DNA of 59,493 bases, filler included. It is 3 parts of 3 records of this genome, joined end to end, with 100 filler letters (N's around TTAATTAATTAA, not from the genome) between each part and the next. Parts side by side here need not be neighbours in the genome. Positions count along the whole stretch, not along the records: positions 44,832 to 59,493 come from SRR20825019_2538; 2 more parts are not named here. One strand, written 5' to 3'. Below the pieces are notes generated by a model that saw only the letters and a program-made list of their open reading frames with translations, was not told the DNA's origin and made no database searches. The translations under genes and the position numbers were made by a program. Positions 45,135-56,631 of the stretch are shown here, piece by piece. The number at the start of each line of letters is the position of its first letter. Within the stretch, counting starts at the first letter, position 1.

Positions 45135-48100
45135 TTATGTTGGTGCAGCCGTCCCACTTCCAAATGCAGCAGGGACCACCTCCTCCCCCCTCTCTAGTAG
45201 GTCTTTGAGAAGGTAGTGTAGGCGGTAGGACGGTAGCATCCACGGAAAAGGGTATGCCGCCATGGCCATATTATAAATGCACTCTAGGAACCCGCTATAG
45301 GTAAGGGAGGCACTCCTAGGGGGGTATGACAACAACTCCCTGGGATCAATACTACTACCACCACTACCTCCCTGTCTGGCAGCAGCTTGCATGCAATCCT
45401 TAGCATACCCCGTAAATATGTGGGAAGGGAGTGTGTAGCGGACATCGTCTGGATGGGCTATATTTGTCGATGCACCAGCTGTGTCCTCTCCCATGATGGA
45501 GGGGTTCCTCATACCCACACTACCACCACCACCACCACCACCACCCGGTTGGAGGTGACTCTTTACACTTGTGGACATTACTGATGCAATCGACTTGGAT
45601 CTTGGCACAGCAGGGGAAACAGACGACTCTACTTGTTGTTGGGTATGCACCAAAGCGGCGGTGGTAGATTCCCGTATAGACGCAACGTGGAAGAACAGCG
45701 TCATCGCGGTATGTGCCAGTAGCTTTTCCCTCCCCGTCACGGGGTGGAGATTAGCACTGTTTTCATGCCCATGGGACGGAGTGGTTGCTAGGAGTATACC
45801 CGTGTCACTGGGTGGTGCATCACCACGCATCGACCCCTCCATATCTGTGGAGGAGATATCCCACTGGTCGGCATCGGCAGTATGCCTGTTAAAGGAGTTG
45901 TTACGAAGGCTGCGATCTTGCTGGGTAACGACCTGTTTGATTCGTAGCTTGGAGGATCGTCGGCGGGCCACTAGCTGCTGCCTCGATGTTGTATCAGCAC
46001 CTGTCAAAGAGGTTCGTCGCCTCGTTGTGGAGGAGGCAGGAGCTTTTCGGAAAGATACTGAAGACTGCATATCATCTGCCTCTTGTTGTTGGTGTTGTGT
46101 TGTATGTGGGAACATGGGTGGCTTGGAAGCGTCCTCATTATCAGCGGCTACCGCATTATTCATTGTACGAGTACCAACCCATCCAATATCACAACACAGT
46201 CGCAGGAACCCCTCCGCAGTAAGGATGCGCTTCTCCAGCTGGAACCATCGATCATTAGTGTGCCATGAGCTGTAAAGCGCAAATATACGAGCTATTGTGG
46301 GATGCCGTAGTAACGTGTCGACTGCAACAGGCACCCCCTCCAGCCCCCATGATCGCCCCTTTGCCAAGTCGGAGAAGGGTAGGATGGGTATGGACATCGA
46401 GGTACTGTCTGATATGGTGCCCTTGATATTAGCCAGCGCGGCCTCCTCCACAGCCGTGTGGCCCAACCTACTACTATGACCCCCACCGCCACCACCGAAG
46501 TCCCCGAAGGCCGATGTGGCGATACTAGATCCACCTGCCTCAGAGGAGGGCAATATGAGGAAGGGCTGAGGTGGTTGGAAGGGGGAGGGGGTAGTGGTGG
46601 GTGGGGACGAGGGGCCACGAGTTGTGGATCGGAGTAGCATGGATGCCCGTGCGGAGGGTAGGAATATCTGTGTAAGCCAGGTATCTACCGACTCTTGATT
46701 CCGCCCCTGCCACGTCTCCACCTTCCTCGATGTACACGGGGCAGCAATGTCCCTCATGTAGATGGTATACCGCACTATGAACTCTGGGAACTGGGAGGAG
46801 ACGATACGTAGGTCGTGTGTAGAAGCCCTGAGCTCTTCGAGGATGGACACTGCCGCATCCAACACCCCACTACCACCACCATCCTGCTGATCGGCATTCG
46901 ACGGGCTCCTGAAGCTAGTACTACCCCTTCGCATAGAAGCCGATGCCGGACGGCTAAACGATCCACTATATTCGGAGACGTCCTCTGAGGTGTTGTTGTT
47001 GGGCACTGCTACATCATTCGAAGGGGCATGCTTGGGGGATAGTATCATACTGCTTTTCCTAACAGAGGTGGAGGAGCCCATACGTCGGGAGGCGATCACA
47101 GCAGACGCAACAGAACTCATCCGTGTCGGACCGGATACGAAGCGACCTGAAAGTCGTGTTGACAGCTTCCATATGTCTGCACCACTCATTGCCGACATGC
47201 AACAGTCACGGAAGGCCCGTAGAAGCTGAACTTCCCGCAGTACCTCTTGCAGTTGAGAGGTTGTACCCCCTCCACGGGGGGATGCGATGGGGGGGCTTCC
47301 AATTGTAGAGGAGCTCAGGAACGAGGCCTGAAGGAAATCCTCAACGTCTCCTGTGGGTTGGCTGGCGCGACTCTTCTGGTGGGCGGCCTCATGCTTTTGA
47401 TGCCAGAAGTCACAGGTTGCGGGACCAAGGAGTCGATCAAACTCGAGTGCCGTATCGGGGCCCCACATCACACCTGCAGTATGTGAGTAGTACTTACGAT
47501 CGATGTTATCGGGGGAGGGAGGCACTGAGGATAGGGGCGGTGATACTACTGACCCTGTCCTGACACCACTGTGAGCAGAGGGATGCTTCTGGTAGTGGTG
47601 GAGCTGTGGTCGGCGATAGGCAACGTCGGGAGGTAGTAGTATTATAGGTGGGCAGACGGTGGCCAGTCCCGAAAAGACACCATACAGTAGCACCCATGCC
47701 TTCTCCAACAACCGTGTCCCTGGTGCTGATGATGGTGATATGTGCATGTTGGCATTGTGGTGAGTAGGACTTCCCCCTCTTGGTTGCTCCTCGTGGGGGA
47801 ACAATGACTCTAGCCTACCAGTGGGTATCATCATCGGTGGGACGAGGGGTGGTGGTGATTGCTGCTGTGAGGAATGTGAGTTGTGATGATGAGATGTGGG
47901 TTTAAAGAGTTCATTTCCAATATCGACGGCTGAGAGTTGTGGTTGGATCATAATCGATGCCTCTAATGCATAGGTACTGACACTGTTAAGAGTACCTGTT
48001 GCAAAGAGAGTTGATGACGCACCACCACCTACACTTGCCTTACTTACACCCAGACGTCCTGCTGCTCCTGGTGGAGACGCACCACGGCCACCAGAAGAGG

Positions 48101-51100
48101 GTCTACCACTTGCGCTGTTCGGACGGGGACTCTTACTCCTTCCCCTCGTTGTTGGTGAGACGGCGTTCTCCATCGACACAATGGGAGTGAAGCGGGTAGT
48201 GGCACGACATGCGTTGTATAATGACGTACACATCAATGCCCGTACCTCTGGGGTAGCTGTGTGGAGGGTATCTACCAGATGGTCACTAAGACTACATCCC
48301 AACTCCTGCACAGCAACACGGCAGAGGTACTCTGCAGCCACCGAATGATGGGCTGCACTGCTTACCAATTCAACGAGATCACTGAGGCCTGTAGGACACG
48401 ATGGGGGTCGGAGGGTTTGGATGATGACCGCAAACATCTCCAGACCCGATCCGAAATCATCTGTAAAGTTGGATACATTCAATAAGGGGTTGATAGTGGG
48501 TGTGGCGGTAGGAGGTCCAGATGAGGTGGAGGTAGGGCTTAGTGGTCCCTCAATTGTATGATCAACAGTAAGATGCTGCTGATGATGGGTTGGGACAGTA
48601 GTGATACTGCTATGGTGAGCTGAGATGGTGGTGGTAGGGGACTTCTTTCGATGTTGAGACTTATGCAAGTGGTGGTGCTCCGACGCCGAGGAGTGGGACA
48701 CATTAGCGGCGGCCTCGGATTGTAGGGTAGAGTACCGCTGTAGCACCTCTCGTACCCAAGACAGAACCGTCCCAAACATTTCCTCATCGCTATCTAAATG
48801 TGCACCACTTCGAGGAACGACGCATGCAGGTAAAACGTGCTCCGTGCGGCTACGTCGTACACCACTGGGGCCCACCTGCATAATATTATTAGAGGACGAT
48901 GGGGAATCGGCTAGTAGTTGCGAATCATCTGTGGTAGTTGCGATGATGGCAGGCCCTTCAGTTGCAGCAGTACTGTCATGATGAGGCACATCGTCAAGCA
49001 CAGCACGGGTGGCCTCTAGTCCATCAATCGCACTACCCATGTGCCCTAGGGCTCCCAACCGGGTGATGAGCAGGGAATGGGCATCAGAGACTAGCATATC
49101 ATTTAAAGCCTCCCTACCATTCTCCAGCTCCATATCCTCTGGGGTGTCATCCATCATCTCCTCAGCGGCAGTATCACTATTTCTGTGATGAAGGGCTTTG
49201 TGCGAATCGATTCCATGTCGGTGGGAAATACAGAACTCCTCCTCCGTTATGTGAAGGGTGACCCCTAGGCGGGTAAGTTCCCTAAAGAGAGTCCTCATAG
49301 TCAGCAGGTCGGGGATAGAGATATGTTGAAAATGATCGTGGTGGCGGTTCGAGGAGTGTGTACGACTAACAGCAGTACTACCACCGCCCTGCTGAGATAT
49401 GCGTAGCTGCTCCACTACCGAAGTGAGGGAGGACAGTGGAAGCAGCAAGGCATACAGAAGTGGGTTACCTGCGAGCTGGGTCACAGAGGTTATGTGATAG
49501 GGTGGCTGGCTAGGCCCCTCCGTAAGACACAGGTTCGAGTCCCGCTTTACCTTCATAGTTGCAGCTACTTGTAGCCAACGCTTAGTATCAGCAACCTTAC
49601 CTGCTATGTACTGTCGGTGGGCCTTAACGGCAGGAAAGCTCTCAGCGAGACGTGACATGAGACGGTTGTTACCATGATGACCGCCACCATGTTCCACTGC
49701 ATGTACGATGGTGGAGCATGTCTTTGTTAGGGTGTCGTTTACCCACTTGATTATCCTTGCCTCATCGTCCTGAGATTGTCTCAACCTTCCACCTCCTCCT
49801 CCTCCTCCCTGGCGGAATGAAGGTGCGGATGTTGGAGACGGTGCACCAGTTTCTGGCATCAACACTCGGATAACATAGTGAGATTTAACGAGATCCATAC
49901 CCGGGGCAGCGATACCATGTGGTGCATGTGGACAGCCAAAGTCCCCCATCCACATTCCTCCATATCCCGACTCCTGCCCCTGCTCGTACACATCCGATCT
50001 ACAGAAGTGTATAACGCCTTTATCAACCTCCTTATTAGAGATAACGTCCAACAACGGTTTACGGAAGTCGAACAGCATGGGGGAGGTGGCATTGGCTAGC
50101 TCGGCATCGGTCCTTTGGAGGGTCTGCTGTAGGGTGTTGATGCGAGCCTCGGCAGCCTTGGAAGACTCCTCTAACACTCTGATCTGCTGATGGGCGTTGG
50201 TGAGATCATTCTTAGTAGTCTGGAGCTCCTGGCGCATCGTGTCGGTATCTAGTCTAGACTTCATGATCTTGGCTTGGAGGACCTCCAGTCGCCATGCGTA
50301 TAATGTGGTTCGTTTCATACTGAGATGCTTCTGGGTTTGATCTGTGGCAATCTTCCGGATCTGTTTCAGGGTGCGCGTGTAGCTCCGCCACACCTTAAAG
50401 TGTGAGGTAAGGGACCGCTTATTCAGTCGGCTACGATTCATAGCCATCGCAACCGCATGCTGCTCCTCGTTCAACTTCTCATCACTCTTCTCTACACGAC
50501 GCTTGGCAAACGTACCAGAGTGTTGTACATAGTTTTGAAAACGCGAGACGACTGCTGAGGCAAGCATATCGGGGCTAAAATGCCGGCATCCTCGAAAGGT
50601 GGTGCCGTTGGCGATAGGGTTTGCCGATACCATAACACCCCTTGATACAAAGGTGTACAGACCCTCTAACAGTGGGCCCAGTACAGGATGGTTATCTAGC
50701 GTCGACGCGGCCGCCTCCAGCACAGCAACTGCACATACAGCATGATCGACAAAGTATGCGTCTACTGAGTTGCTGGAACCTCTTAAGGTTGTAAGGAGGG
50801 TTTCGAACAAAGACTGTTTGGTGGTAGTGGTGGTATCTTGGTCAGATGTGGTATCGCATAGGCCACGTACACATGCAAGGAGGGTGTTGAGGGCTACCAG
50901 GTGGTCAGTAGATAGCTGAAGTTGGTTGTTAGCAGTAGAGGAGGATGGTATGTACGTACGGTCCTCCTTGTCTAGATTACTACAATCAGTGTTGGTATTG
51001 GGTACGGATGTTGGCAAGGTGGTAACCTCTGAGAGGAGAAGGCTATTAACGGCCAAATCAACCGAACTACGGTCCATACGACCATGGGAGCCGGATTGTG

Positions 51101-51440
51101 GTTTATGGTGGCGAAGAGAGTGGATACTGCCTCCAGCACTCTGTGGCCGTCGACGGGCATTTGTGGTTGGTGTAGCAGTAGTTGTATTCGTAGCGCTTGC
51201 TGCCGATGTGTTGCTGTCACTGTGAGCTCCTCCAGTTGGACGACTCGTCGCCGTTGGTGGACGCACAACCCCAAGACCACCCGCATCGGATACGTTTTGC
51301 TTCTGTAGCCATGACGACCATGAGGCCTTGTTAAGGCACCCCCCAATGCGGTTAACCCTATTATTCCAGTCGTGGGCCGTTAGTTGGGTAGTAGGGATAG
51401 ACACGCCCTTTTGTAACATATGAGGTGGCTGCTGCTCCAT
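45135..51440 (-). CDS. Large hypothetical protein (2101 aa) with coiled coil and calponin-homology-like segments; possibly cytoskeletal/flagellar
   Basis: Uninterrupted 6.3-kb ORF. It has a CH-like VLSWVREVL..VSNFTDDFGSGLEMFAVII, a C-terminal LTYSGFLECIYNMA helix and extensive low-complexity inserts. Confidence 0.8.
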   Translation of the reverse strand: MEQQPPHMLQKGVSIPTTQLTAHDWNNRVNRIGGCLNKASWSSWLQKQNVSDAGGLGVVRPPTATSRPTGGAHSDSNTSAASATNTTTATPTTNARRRPQSAGGSIHSLRHHKPQSGSHGRMDRSSVDLAVNSLLLSEVTTLPTSVPNTNTDCSNLDKEDRTYIPSSSTANNQLQLSTDHLVALNTLLACVRGLCDTTSDQDTTTTTKQSLFETLLTTLRGSSNSVDAYFVDHAVCAVAVLEAAASTLDNHPVLGPLLEGLYTFVSRGVMVSANPIANGTTFRGCRHFSPDMLASAVVSRFQNYVQHSGTFAKRRVEKSDEKLNEEQHAVAMAMNRSRLNKRSLTSHFKVWRSYTRTLKQIRKIATDQTQKHLSMKRTTLYAWRLEVLQAKIMKSRLDTDTMRQELQTTKNDLTNAHQQIRVLEESSKAAEARINTLQQTLQRTDAELANATSPMLFDFRKPLLDVISNKEVDKGVIHFCRSDVYEQGQESGYGGMWMGDFGCPHAPHGIAAPGMDLVKSHYVIRVLMPETGAPSPTSAPSFRQGGGGGGGRLRQSQDDEARIIKWVNDTLTKTCSTIVHAVEHGGGHHGNNRLMSRLAESFPAVKAHRQYIAGKVADTKRWLQVAATMKVKRDSNLCLTEGPSQPPYHITSVTQLAGNPLLYALLLPLSSLTSVVEQLRISQQGGGSTAVSRTHSSNRHHDHFQHISIPDLLTMRTLFRELTRLGVTLHITEEEFCISHRHGIDSHKALHHRNSDTAAEEMMDDTPEDMELENGREALNDMLVSDAHSLLITRLGALGHMGSAIDGLEATRAVLDDVPHHDSTAATEGPAIIATTTDDSQLLADSPSSSNNIMQVGPSGVRRSRTEHVLPACVVPRSGAHLDSDEEMFGTVLSWVREVLQRYSTLQSEAAANVSHSSASEHHHLHKSQHRKKSPTTTISAHHSSITTVPTHHQQHLTVDHTIEGPLSPTSTSSGPPTATPTINPLLNVSNFTDDFGSGLEMFAVIIQTLRPPSCPTGLSDLVELVSSAAHHSVAAEYLCRVAVQELGCSLSDHLVDTLHTATPEVRALMCTSLYNACRATTRFTPIVSMENAVSPTTRGRSKSPRPNSASGRPSSGGRGASPPGAAGRLGVSKASVGGGASSTLFATGTLNSVSTYALEASIMIQPQLSAVDIGNELFKPTSHHHNSHSSQQQSPPPLVPPMMIPTGRLESLFPHEEQPRGGSPTHHNANMHISPSSAPGTRLLEKAWVLLYGVFSGLATVCPPIILLPPDVAYRRPQLHHYQKHPSAHSGVRTGSVVSPPLSSVPPSPDNIDRKYYSHTAGVMWGPDTALEFDRLLGPATCDFWHQKHEAAHQKSRASQPTGDVEDFLQASFLSSSTIGSPPIASPRGGGTTSQLQEVLREVQLLRAFRDCCMSAMSGADIWKLSTRLSGRFVSGPTRMSSVASAVIASRRMGSSTSVRKSSMILSPKHAPSNDVAVPNNNTSEDVSEYSGSFSRPASASMRRGSTSFRSPSNADQQDGGGSGVLDAAVSILEELRASTHDLRIVSSQFPEFIVRYTIYMRDIAAPCTSRKVETWQGRNQESVDTWLTQIFLPSARASMLLRSTTRGPSSPPTTTPSPFQPPQPFLILPSSEAGGSSIATSAFGDFGGGGGGHSSRLGHTAVEEAALANIKGTISDSTSMSIPILPFSDLAKGRSWGLEGVPVAVDTLLRHPTIARIFALYSSWHTNDRWFQLEKRILTAEGFLRLCCDIGWVGTRTMNNAVAADNEDASKPPMFPHTTQHQQQEADDMQSSVSFRKAPASSTTRRRTSLTGADTTSRQQLVARRRSSKLRIKQVVTQQDRSLRNNSFNRHTADADQWDISSTDMEGSMRGDAPPSDTGILLATTPSHGHENSANLHPVTGREKLLAHTAMTLFFHVASIRESTTAALVHTQQQVESSVSPAVPRSKSIASVMSTSVKSHLQPGGGGGGGGSVGMRNPSIMGEDTAGASTNIAHPDDVRYTLPSHIFTGYAKDCMQAAARQGGSGGSSIDPRELLSYPPRSASLTYSGFLECIYNMAMAAYPFPWMLPSYRLHYLLKDLLERGEEVVPAAFGSGTAAPT

Positions 51441-51629
51441 AATAATAATATAGTATCGTGTAGGATGGAATGCTGCTTTAACTTTGTGGGTCTAGAGATT
51501 AAAAGTGGATGGAGTAAAAGTAAAAATGTAAGAATCGTACTAGTGTGTGATTCGTGAGAACAGACATTGGAATTGGGTACGTGCATGTGTGTACATTGTA
51601 TACATTAAAAGAAATGGCTCTTGCAGCAA

Positions 51630-53960
51630 CTAATCCTCCAGTAGAGTGTTGATATCGCAGTGGCCGTGGTGGGCATTCCCAATCTCCGTCTCACACCGGA
51701 GGAGCTCATTGTAGGCTCTAGTAGCATGGGCGCCCCTGGGTGGGGGAAGCAACAATCCATCCACGTCACACCAAGCTGCGAAGGGGATCCAGAACAGCTC
51801 AGTAGGGGGTGCGTTGGTGGAGGTAAAGGTGGTGGTGTTGGATACATTCATCCGCTGTGGCTGGGAGACGGGTAGTTCGAGAAGTACCTGACGAAGGTCC
51901 AACACCACTGCAATGCCCTCTCTCTTCATCATAGCGATGTCGTGCACCAGCTCGGATAGAGTTTGGAAAAAGGAGAAGGATACAGACTTGTCTACCCCAT
52001 GACCCCAAGGGCCAATATCTACATTTGCCAAAGGATCCACAACGGCAACATCTAGGTCAGTTGTGGTAGCCTTCTGTGCTGCAATGAGGTCAGCTAGGGC
52101 GTGTTGGCGCAGTAGTGACCTCTTCTCTAAGATGGTCGACTCAGCAGTCCCTTCCGATGAGCCTACAGGCATAGTACCACTGGTGGGATTGGTAGGAGGG
52201 TAATGGTGAACACCCGATCCTCGCTGTGGGAGTAGATTTACCTGCGACAGTACCTCCGAGACATCCGATAGTGCTAACCTTATGGATTGGTCAAGGGTCC
52301 TACCATCACAGACCTCCGAGGAGTAAGTACCCCACGGCGGGAAGGAGGCCCTGAAGTAGCGATCATTGGCTAAACGGCACCGACGACGGATGGCACGATC
52401 TAGATTGGTAATCGCATGAATACACTCCCCTACTGAGGAGCAGCTGCCGTTGTGGGAGTGGGGGGAGCAGGTCAGGAGGTACCCACCACCCTGCGCATCT
52501 GGGGCTGGTGTTGCTGGGGATGTAGCACCCTTCCTATGTGGGGGCACAACGAAGATGGGGGAATCGTAAGCTACAATGGGGGTCGGTACTCGGGGGGTTT
52601 TACCCAATATATTGAGCATTGTGTTGGTTGAGGGTTGATGCATCAATGGTGGGGCAAATAATCTTGAGAATGATGATAGTGATGTTTCATTGGTTGGGGA
52701 TAGTGATGCCAACCCACCACCACATACCAGTGATACCTCCGCTGCCGAACAGGACATGAAGAAGGTCAATTTAGAAGCGGCAGCTGATACAGTATGGATG
52801 GAGAGGTATTGCAGCTCAGCAGGGGATTGAACGACTAGTGGTTGTGGGGGTGGATCGCCCCTCCTTCCCTCCCGCATAGACACGTCATTGCCGTTTCCAG
52901 TTAGGGCAGTAGTAGGCTCGACGATGGCTTCCGACATCCTATTGGTAATCCATTCGGTTAGTGATTGGGTCAGGGCCTTGTCTACCTCAGGCTGGGATGC
53001 GGCTCCCATTACGTGGCCCCTTAGTACATCACCAAGACAGCCAAGAAGGGAGGAGTTACTTGCAGTAGTATTGGCAGTAGTAGGAGTAGATGAGGATGGT
53101 TGCTGGGGTGCTGCCCCCTTGGCATCAGAGGCATCCTTACCCACTTTGTGTTTACCCGCAGCAGTCTTAGATGATGATGCTGCAGGTGTGGTGGTGGATT
53201 CTACCGCACTGGCGCTCTTGGTGGTAGTGGAGCCCTTCTTCCCACCAACACCTGTGGATGATGTAGCGGCAGCCTTATCCCCTCCTCCACCAGGCATAGC
53301 AGGCATCATCATAGGCTGGCCTCCTGTTGGAGAGCCTGGGACTTGTGTTAATAGTTGGCTGGCCGCGGAGGCAGCATCGATGTCTCCGTAGACATCCTTG
53401 ACGAGGTTGGCACCATCTGCATCCCCCCTGGTCGGAAGCCAGATAGGTACAGGACAGCTGTGAATACGGCTCTTACCAGCCACAGCAGGGGTAGGAAGCG
53501 GAGGGGCGAATCCACCACCACCACCACCACCATCAGTAGGGAGGATACCAAATGATCCTACAAGGTGCGAGATGGTCAACATCTCAGAGGTGGTCACATC
53601 CGCTACATTCTTATTGTCCCTCATATCCTCCTCAGTGCTGGCGAAGTTCTCGCAAAGGATGGGTAGGGGTACTGCCGAGAGGGAGGTGGATGGCCTGATG
53701 GAGCCGGTGTGTGCGGTCATGCCGGCTACCTCTAACAGCCGCCTAATCAAGGCTGCACCCTCCACCGACCCCACAACAACACCAGTATCTACTGCACGGT
53801 GTACAATAGCTAGCTTTGCGCGTAAGAGGGGGGTCACCTCGAGGGGCAGGGTAGGTGCCACTGCGGGAACTATACTACCCTCGGGTGGGATTGTACCAAT
53901 GGAGTCTGAGATGGTTGCGGTGGTTTGGGGCCTGGAGCGTGGCTTGACAGAGGGAGGCAT
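51630..53960 (-). CDS. Hypothetical protein (776 aa)
   Basis: Long intronless ORF, co-directional with its neighbours and preceded by a pyrimidine tract. No family recognised. Confidence 0.75.
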   Translation of the reverse strand: MPPSVKPRSRPQTTATISDSIGTIPPEGSIVPAVAPTLPLEVTPLLRAKLAIVHRAVDTGVVVGSVEGAALIRRLLEVAGMTAHTGSIRPSTSLSAVPLPILCENFASTEEDMRDNKNVADVTTSEMLTISHLVGSFGILPTDGGGGGGGFAPPLPTPAVAGKSRIHSCPVPIWLPTRGDADGANLVKDVYGDIDAASAASQLLTQVPGSPTGGQPMMMPAMPGGGGDKAAATSSTGVGGKKGSTTTKSASAVESTTTPAASSSKTAAGKHKVGKDASDAKGAAPQQPSSSTPTTANTTASNSSLLGCLGDVLRGHVMGAASQPEVDKALTQSLTEWITNRMSEAIVEPTTALTGNGNDVSMREGRRGDPPPQPLVVQSPAELQYLSIHTVSAAASKLTFFMSCSAAEVSLVCGGGLASLSPTNETSLSSFSRLFAPPLMHQPSTNTMLNILGKTPRVPTPIVAYDSPIFVVPPHRKGATSPATPAPDAQGGGYLLTCSPHSHNGSCSSVGECIHAITNLDRAIRRRCRLANDRYFRASFPPWGTYSSEVCDGRTLDQSIRLALSDVSEVLSQVNLLPQRGSGVHHYPPTNPTSGTMPVGSSEGTAESTILEKRSLLRQHALADLIAAQKATTTDLDVAVVDPLANVDIGPWGHGVDKSVSFSFFQTLSELVHDIAMMKREGIAVVLDLRQVLLELPVSQPQRMNVSNTTTFTSTNAPPTELFWIPFAAWCDVDGLLLPPPRGAHATRAYNELLRCETEIGNAHHGHCDINTLLED

Positions 53961-54360
53961 ATTTTTCTTCTATGTTTGTTAACGAGAACTTTGATTACAG
54001 TAGAATGGTGTATGGGGGGGAGAGGTGAAGGAAAGATAAAAGCGAAAACTTGAACACAGTACCACATACAAACACAACAAAGACATACTCACCTCTTATA
54101 CCACCCCAAGCCCACAGTGGAAAGACTGACAGGGCGTGGTGTGGAATAGAGGTAGAGGTAATACAACAACAATAATAGGTTGACAGTGTAGCGTACCAAA
54201 AGGGTACCGAATCTATATAACTGTAGTTCGGAGACGACAAGACGTGGAGGGAGGGGAGATGGATGTGGGTGGGTGGGGGGAGTAGAGGGGGGCCTTCGAT
54301 GGGCAAACTATAGAGTGTGTTTGTGTGTGTTGGACAGCTGGTGTGGTGTTTGGTGACTAT

Positions 54361-56631
54361 TTACCCAGTGTTGGACATGGAGGCGTCGTCCTGCAAGGCA
54401 GCCGCGAGGCGCCCTGTTGGCAGGTTAGGACGTAGCGCACCAACAACAGCCATCACAGCCGACCGCATCTGATCAGCCGACATACGAGTACGAGTCAAAA
54501 TCATCACCTTCACAATGAGGAAGATCTCCTCGTCGTTGCCAACAGCATCGAGTAGAATTGCGTTGTTGACGAGAAGACTCTCCCCAGGCGCACCACTGTA
54601 GGGGTCGGTAAAGGTGACCGCGAAGCTGCCGTGGGAAGTAGAGGACGATTGCGTAGAGGGGGTACGGTCGGAGAGGCCGCCTGTTTGCAGAGTGTCATCG
54701 ATCGCATTCGAGATGGACTTGATGCGCTGATTCATCACTGCAAATTGAAGAGTAGCCTGCTGAGAGGCAGCAGGGTGTTGGGAGTTGGGGCTGATCCGCA
54801 TGGTGTCCACTGCCTCCTCAGACCCACCGCGTGGGGGTGGGGGTGGTGTTGAAGGTGATGGGGACTTCTTGTTATGATGAGGGGCGTGGTGATGGTTAGG
54901 AGAGCCAGACTGCTGCTGCTGATGGTGTTGGGCGGAGGTATTATCAGTATTATCACCATGGGGGTCGTGATACCGGTCCATGCCGTGGGGCTTGGTAGGG
55001 GACTTTCTAAGAGGACTCTTAGCGTTGGCTACGGGCTTGGTGGGCTCCTCTGGTCGAGTAGGAGTGGAAGCGTTGTTGTTGTTGGTGTGAGAAATGGGAG
55101 AAGAGGGGATGGCAAATGGGGAGCGGGCACGTCCCTCGGGACGAATACCAACCGCCTTGGTACGCTGATCGTGCGCCTCGTAGGCATTGGCAGCAGCACT
55201 GACAGGGGAGGAGATGACTTGACGAATGGGAGAGCTGGAGGGCTTTTTCGTAGACGCTGCGACGTGGATACGATAGTGCTGGATGGCCTTGGTAACATCG
55301 GGTGAGAAGGAGTTAAGGATCTGCTCCGAGGTGGGGCGGTCAGAGGGCCGCTTACGGAGGCATGCGATGGTAAGCTCACGCAACCATGGTGCATAAAGGC
55401 TAGATACCTTGTCCAGAGCGGGAGTAGGATCGTCGAACTGGATCGCACGGTAGAGGTCATCAAAGTCGTGCTTGGAGCCACGGTTGGTCTTGGTGAACTT
55501 AAAGGGTCGCTTCAATGTCATCAGCTCGAAGAGAACCACCCCCAATGCCCAGATGTCTCCCTTGATGTTATAGGGCTGGCCACTGACCTGCTCTGGGCAT
55601 AGGTAGTAGGGGGTACCGACCATCGAGGAGGCAGGTGCGAGGGTATGATCCATGCTCTTAGAGACGCCGAAATCGCCAAGAACGAGGTGGATATCTCCCT
55701 TGGAATTTGGGGAGGAAGGAGAGGGGGGTGAGGCTCCTCCCGCTGCTGATGAGGGCGCCTTGGCGCGGCGGGTAAGGAAGATGTTAGCAGGCTTAATATC
55801 GCGATGGATAATGTGCTTGCTGTGACACCCATGAATGGCTGAGGCTAGCTGCAACCCCATGGACTCAACAAACTCCGTCTTGAAGTAGTGCTTATAGATA
55901 TCCCGCTGTTCCTTCATCAGGTCAGAGAGATCCCCACAACCACAAAACTCCATGGCGATAATGAGCTTGTTGCGATACTCCCCGGACCCTTCCACCCAAC
56001 AATCCACCAGCTGCACAATGTTGGGGTGCCGGAGCTGACGAAGCAGCTCCATCTCCTTGAGGGCATACACCTCATAGTGGGCTTGTGGGGTGACCTTGAG
56101 AACGACCTGTGAGGGGAAGTGGCGGACAGAGGAGGGGGAGATGGCGGAGGAGTTATGATCCACAGCCGCCAGCCATGCCTCCCCAAAGGTACCCTTACCG
56201 AGTAACTTAGAGGTGGTGAGGAACCCAGAGCCGATCCAATACTTGGTACGTAGCTGCTGGCTATCCCCACGCACAATGGGGGAGGCATCTCGGAGGGGAG
56301 AGGGACCGCGGGGAGGAGCAGGGGGGGCTGGGGATGGGGAGCCTGCCTTAGCAGCCGCAGCAGCAGCACCATAGAGGGGTTTACGAATCGGAGAGAGGCG
56401 GCCGCTACGATCATCCATCGCACCACGGCCTAGGGGAGAGGACTGTCGCTCTGGGGCAGCAGATGGGGCAGCAAAGGGTTGCTTAACCGCACCACATATG
56501 GGGCTGGGATTACGAAGGGCGAAGGGGCTGCGCTGTCCGGAGGGGGAGGGCTTGGGGGCACCAAAGTCACGCTCCGATAGAGCGCGGATGGGGGACACCT
56601 TTCCAGTCCGTGGGGCAGCGTAGCGATCCAT
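54361..56631 (-). CDS. NEK (NIMA-related) serine/threonine protein kinase
   Basis: LGKGTFGEA, VLK, IAMEFCGCGDL, HRDIKPANIFL, LGDFGVSK, VGTPYYLCPE and DIWALGVVLFELMTLKRPF. The flanks are SP-rich. Confidence 0.92.
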   Translation of the reverse strand: MDRYAAPRTGKVSPIRALSERDFGAPKPSPSGQRSPFALRNPSPICGAVKQPFAAPSAAPERQSSPLGRGAMDDRSGRLSPIRKPLYGAAAAAAKAGSPSPAPPAPPRGPSPLRDASPIVRGDSQQLRTKYWIGSGFLTTSKLLGKGTFGEAWLAAVDHNSSAISPSSVRHFPSQVVLKVTPQAHYEVYALKEMELLRQLRHPNIVQLVDCWVEGSGEYRNKLIIAMEFCGCGDLSDLMKEQRDIYKHYFKTEFVESMGLQLASAIHGCHSKHIIHRDIKPANIFLTRRAKAPSSAAGGASPPSPSSPNSKGDIHLVLGDFGVSKSMDHTLAPASSMVGTPYYLCPEQVSGQPYNIKGDIWALGVVLFELMTLKRPFKFTKTNRGSKHDFDDLYRAIQFDDPTPALDKVSSLYAPWLRELTIACLRKRPSDRPTSEQILNSFSPDVTKAIQHYRIHVAASTKKPSSSPIRQVISSPVSAAANAYEAHDQRTKAVGIRPEGRARSPFAIPSSPISHTNNNNASTPTRPEEPTKPVANAKSPLRKSPTKPHGMDRYHDPHGDNTDNTSAQHHQQQQSGSPNHHHAPHHNKKSPSPSTPPPPPRGGSEEAVDTMRISPNSQHPAASQQATLQFAVMNQRIKSISNAIDDTLQTGGLSDRTPSTQSSSTSHGSFAVTFTDPYSGAPGESLLVNNAILLDAVGNDEEIFLIVKVMILTRTRMSADQMRSAVMAVVGALRPNLPTGRLAAALQDDASMSNTG

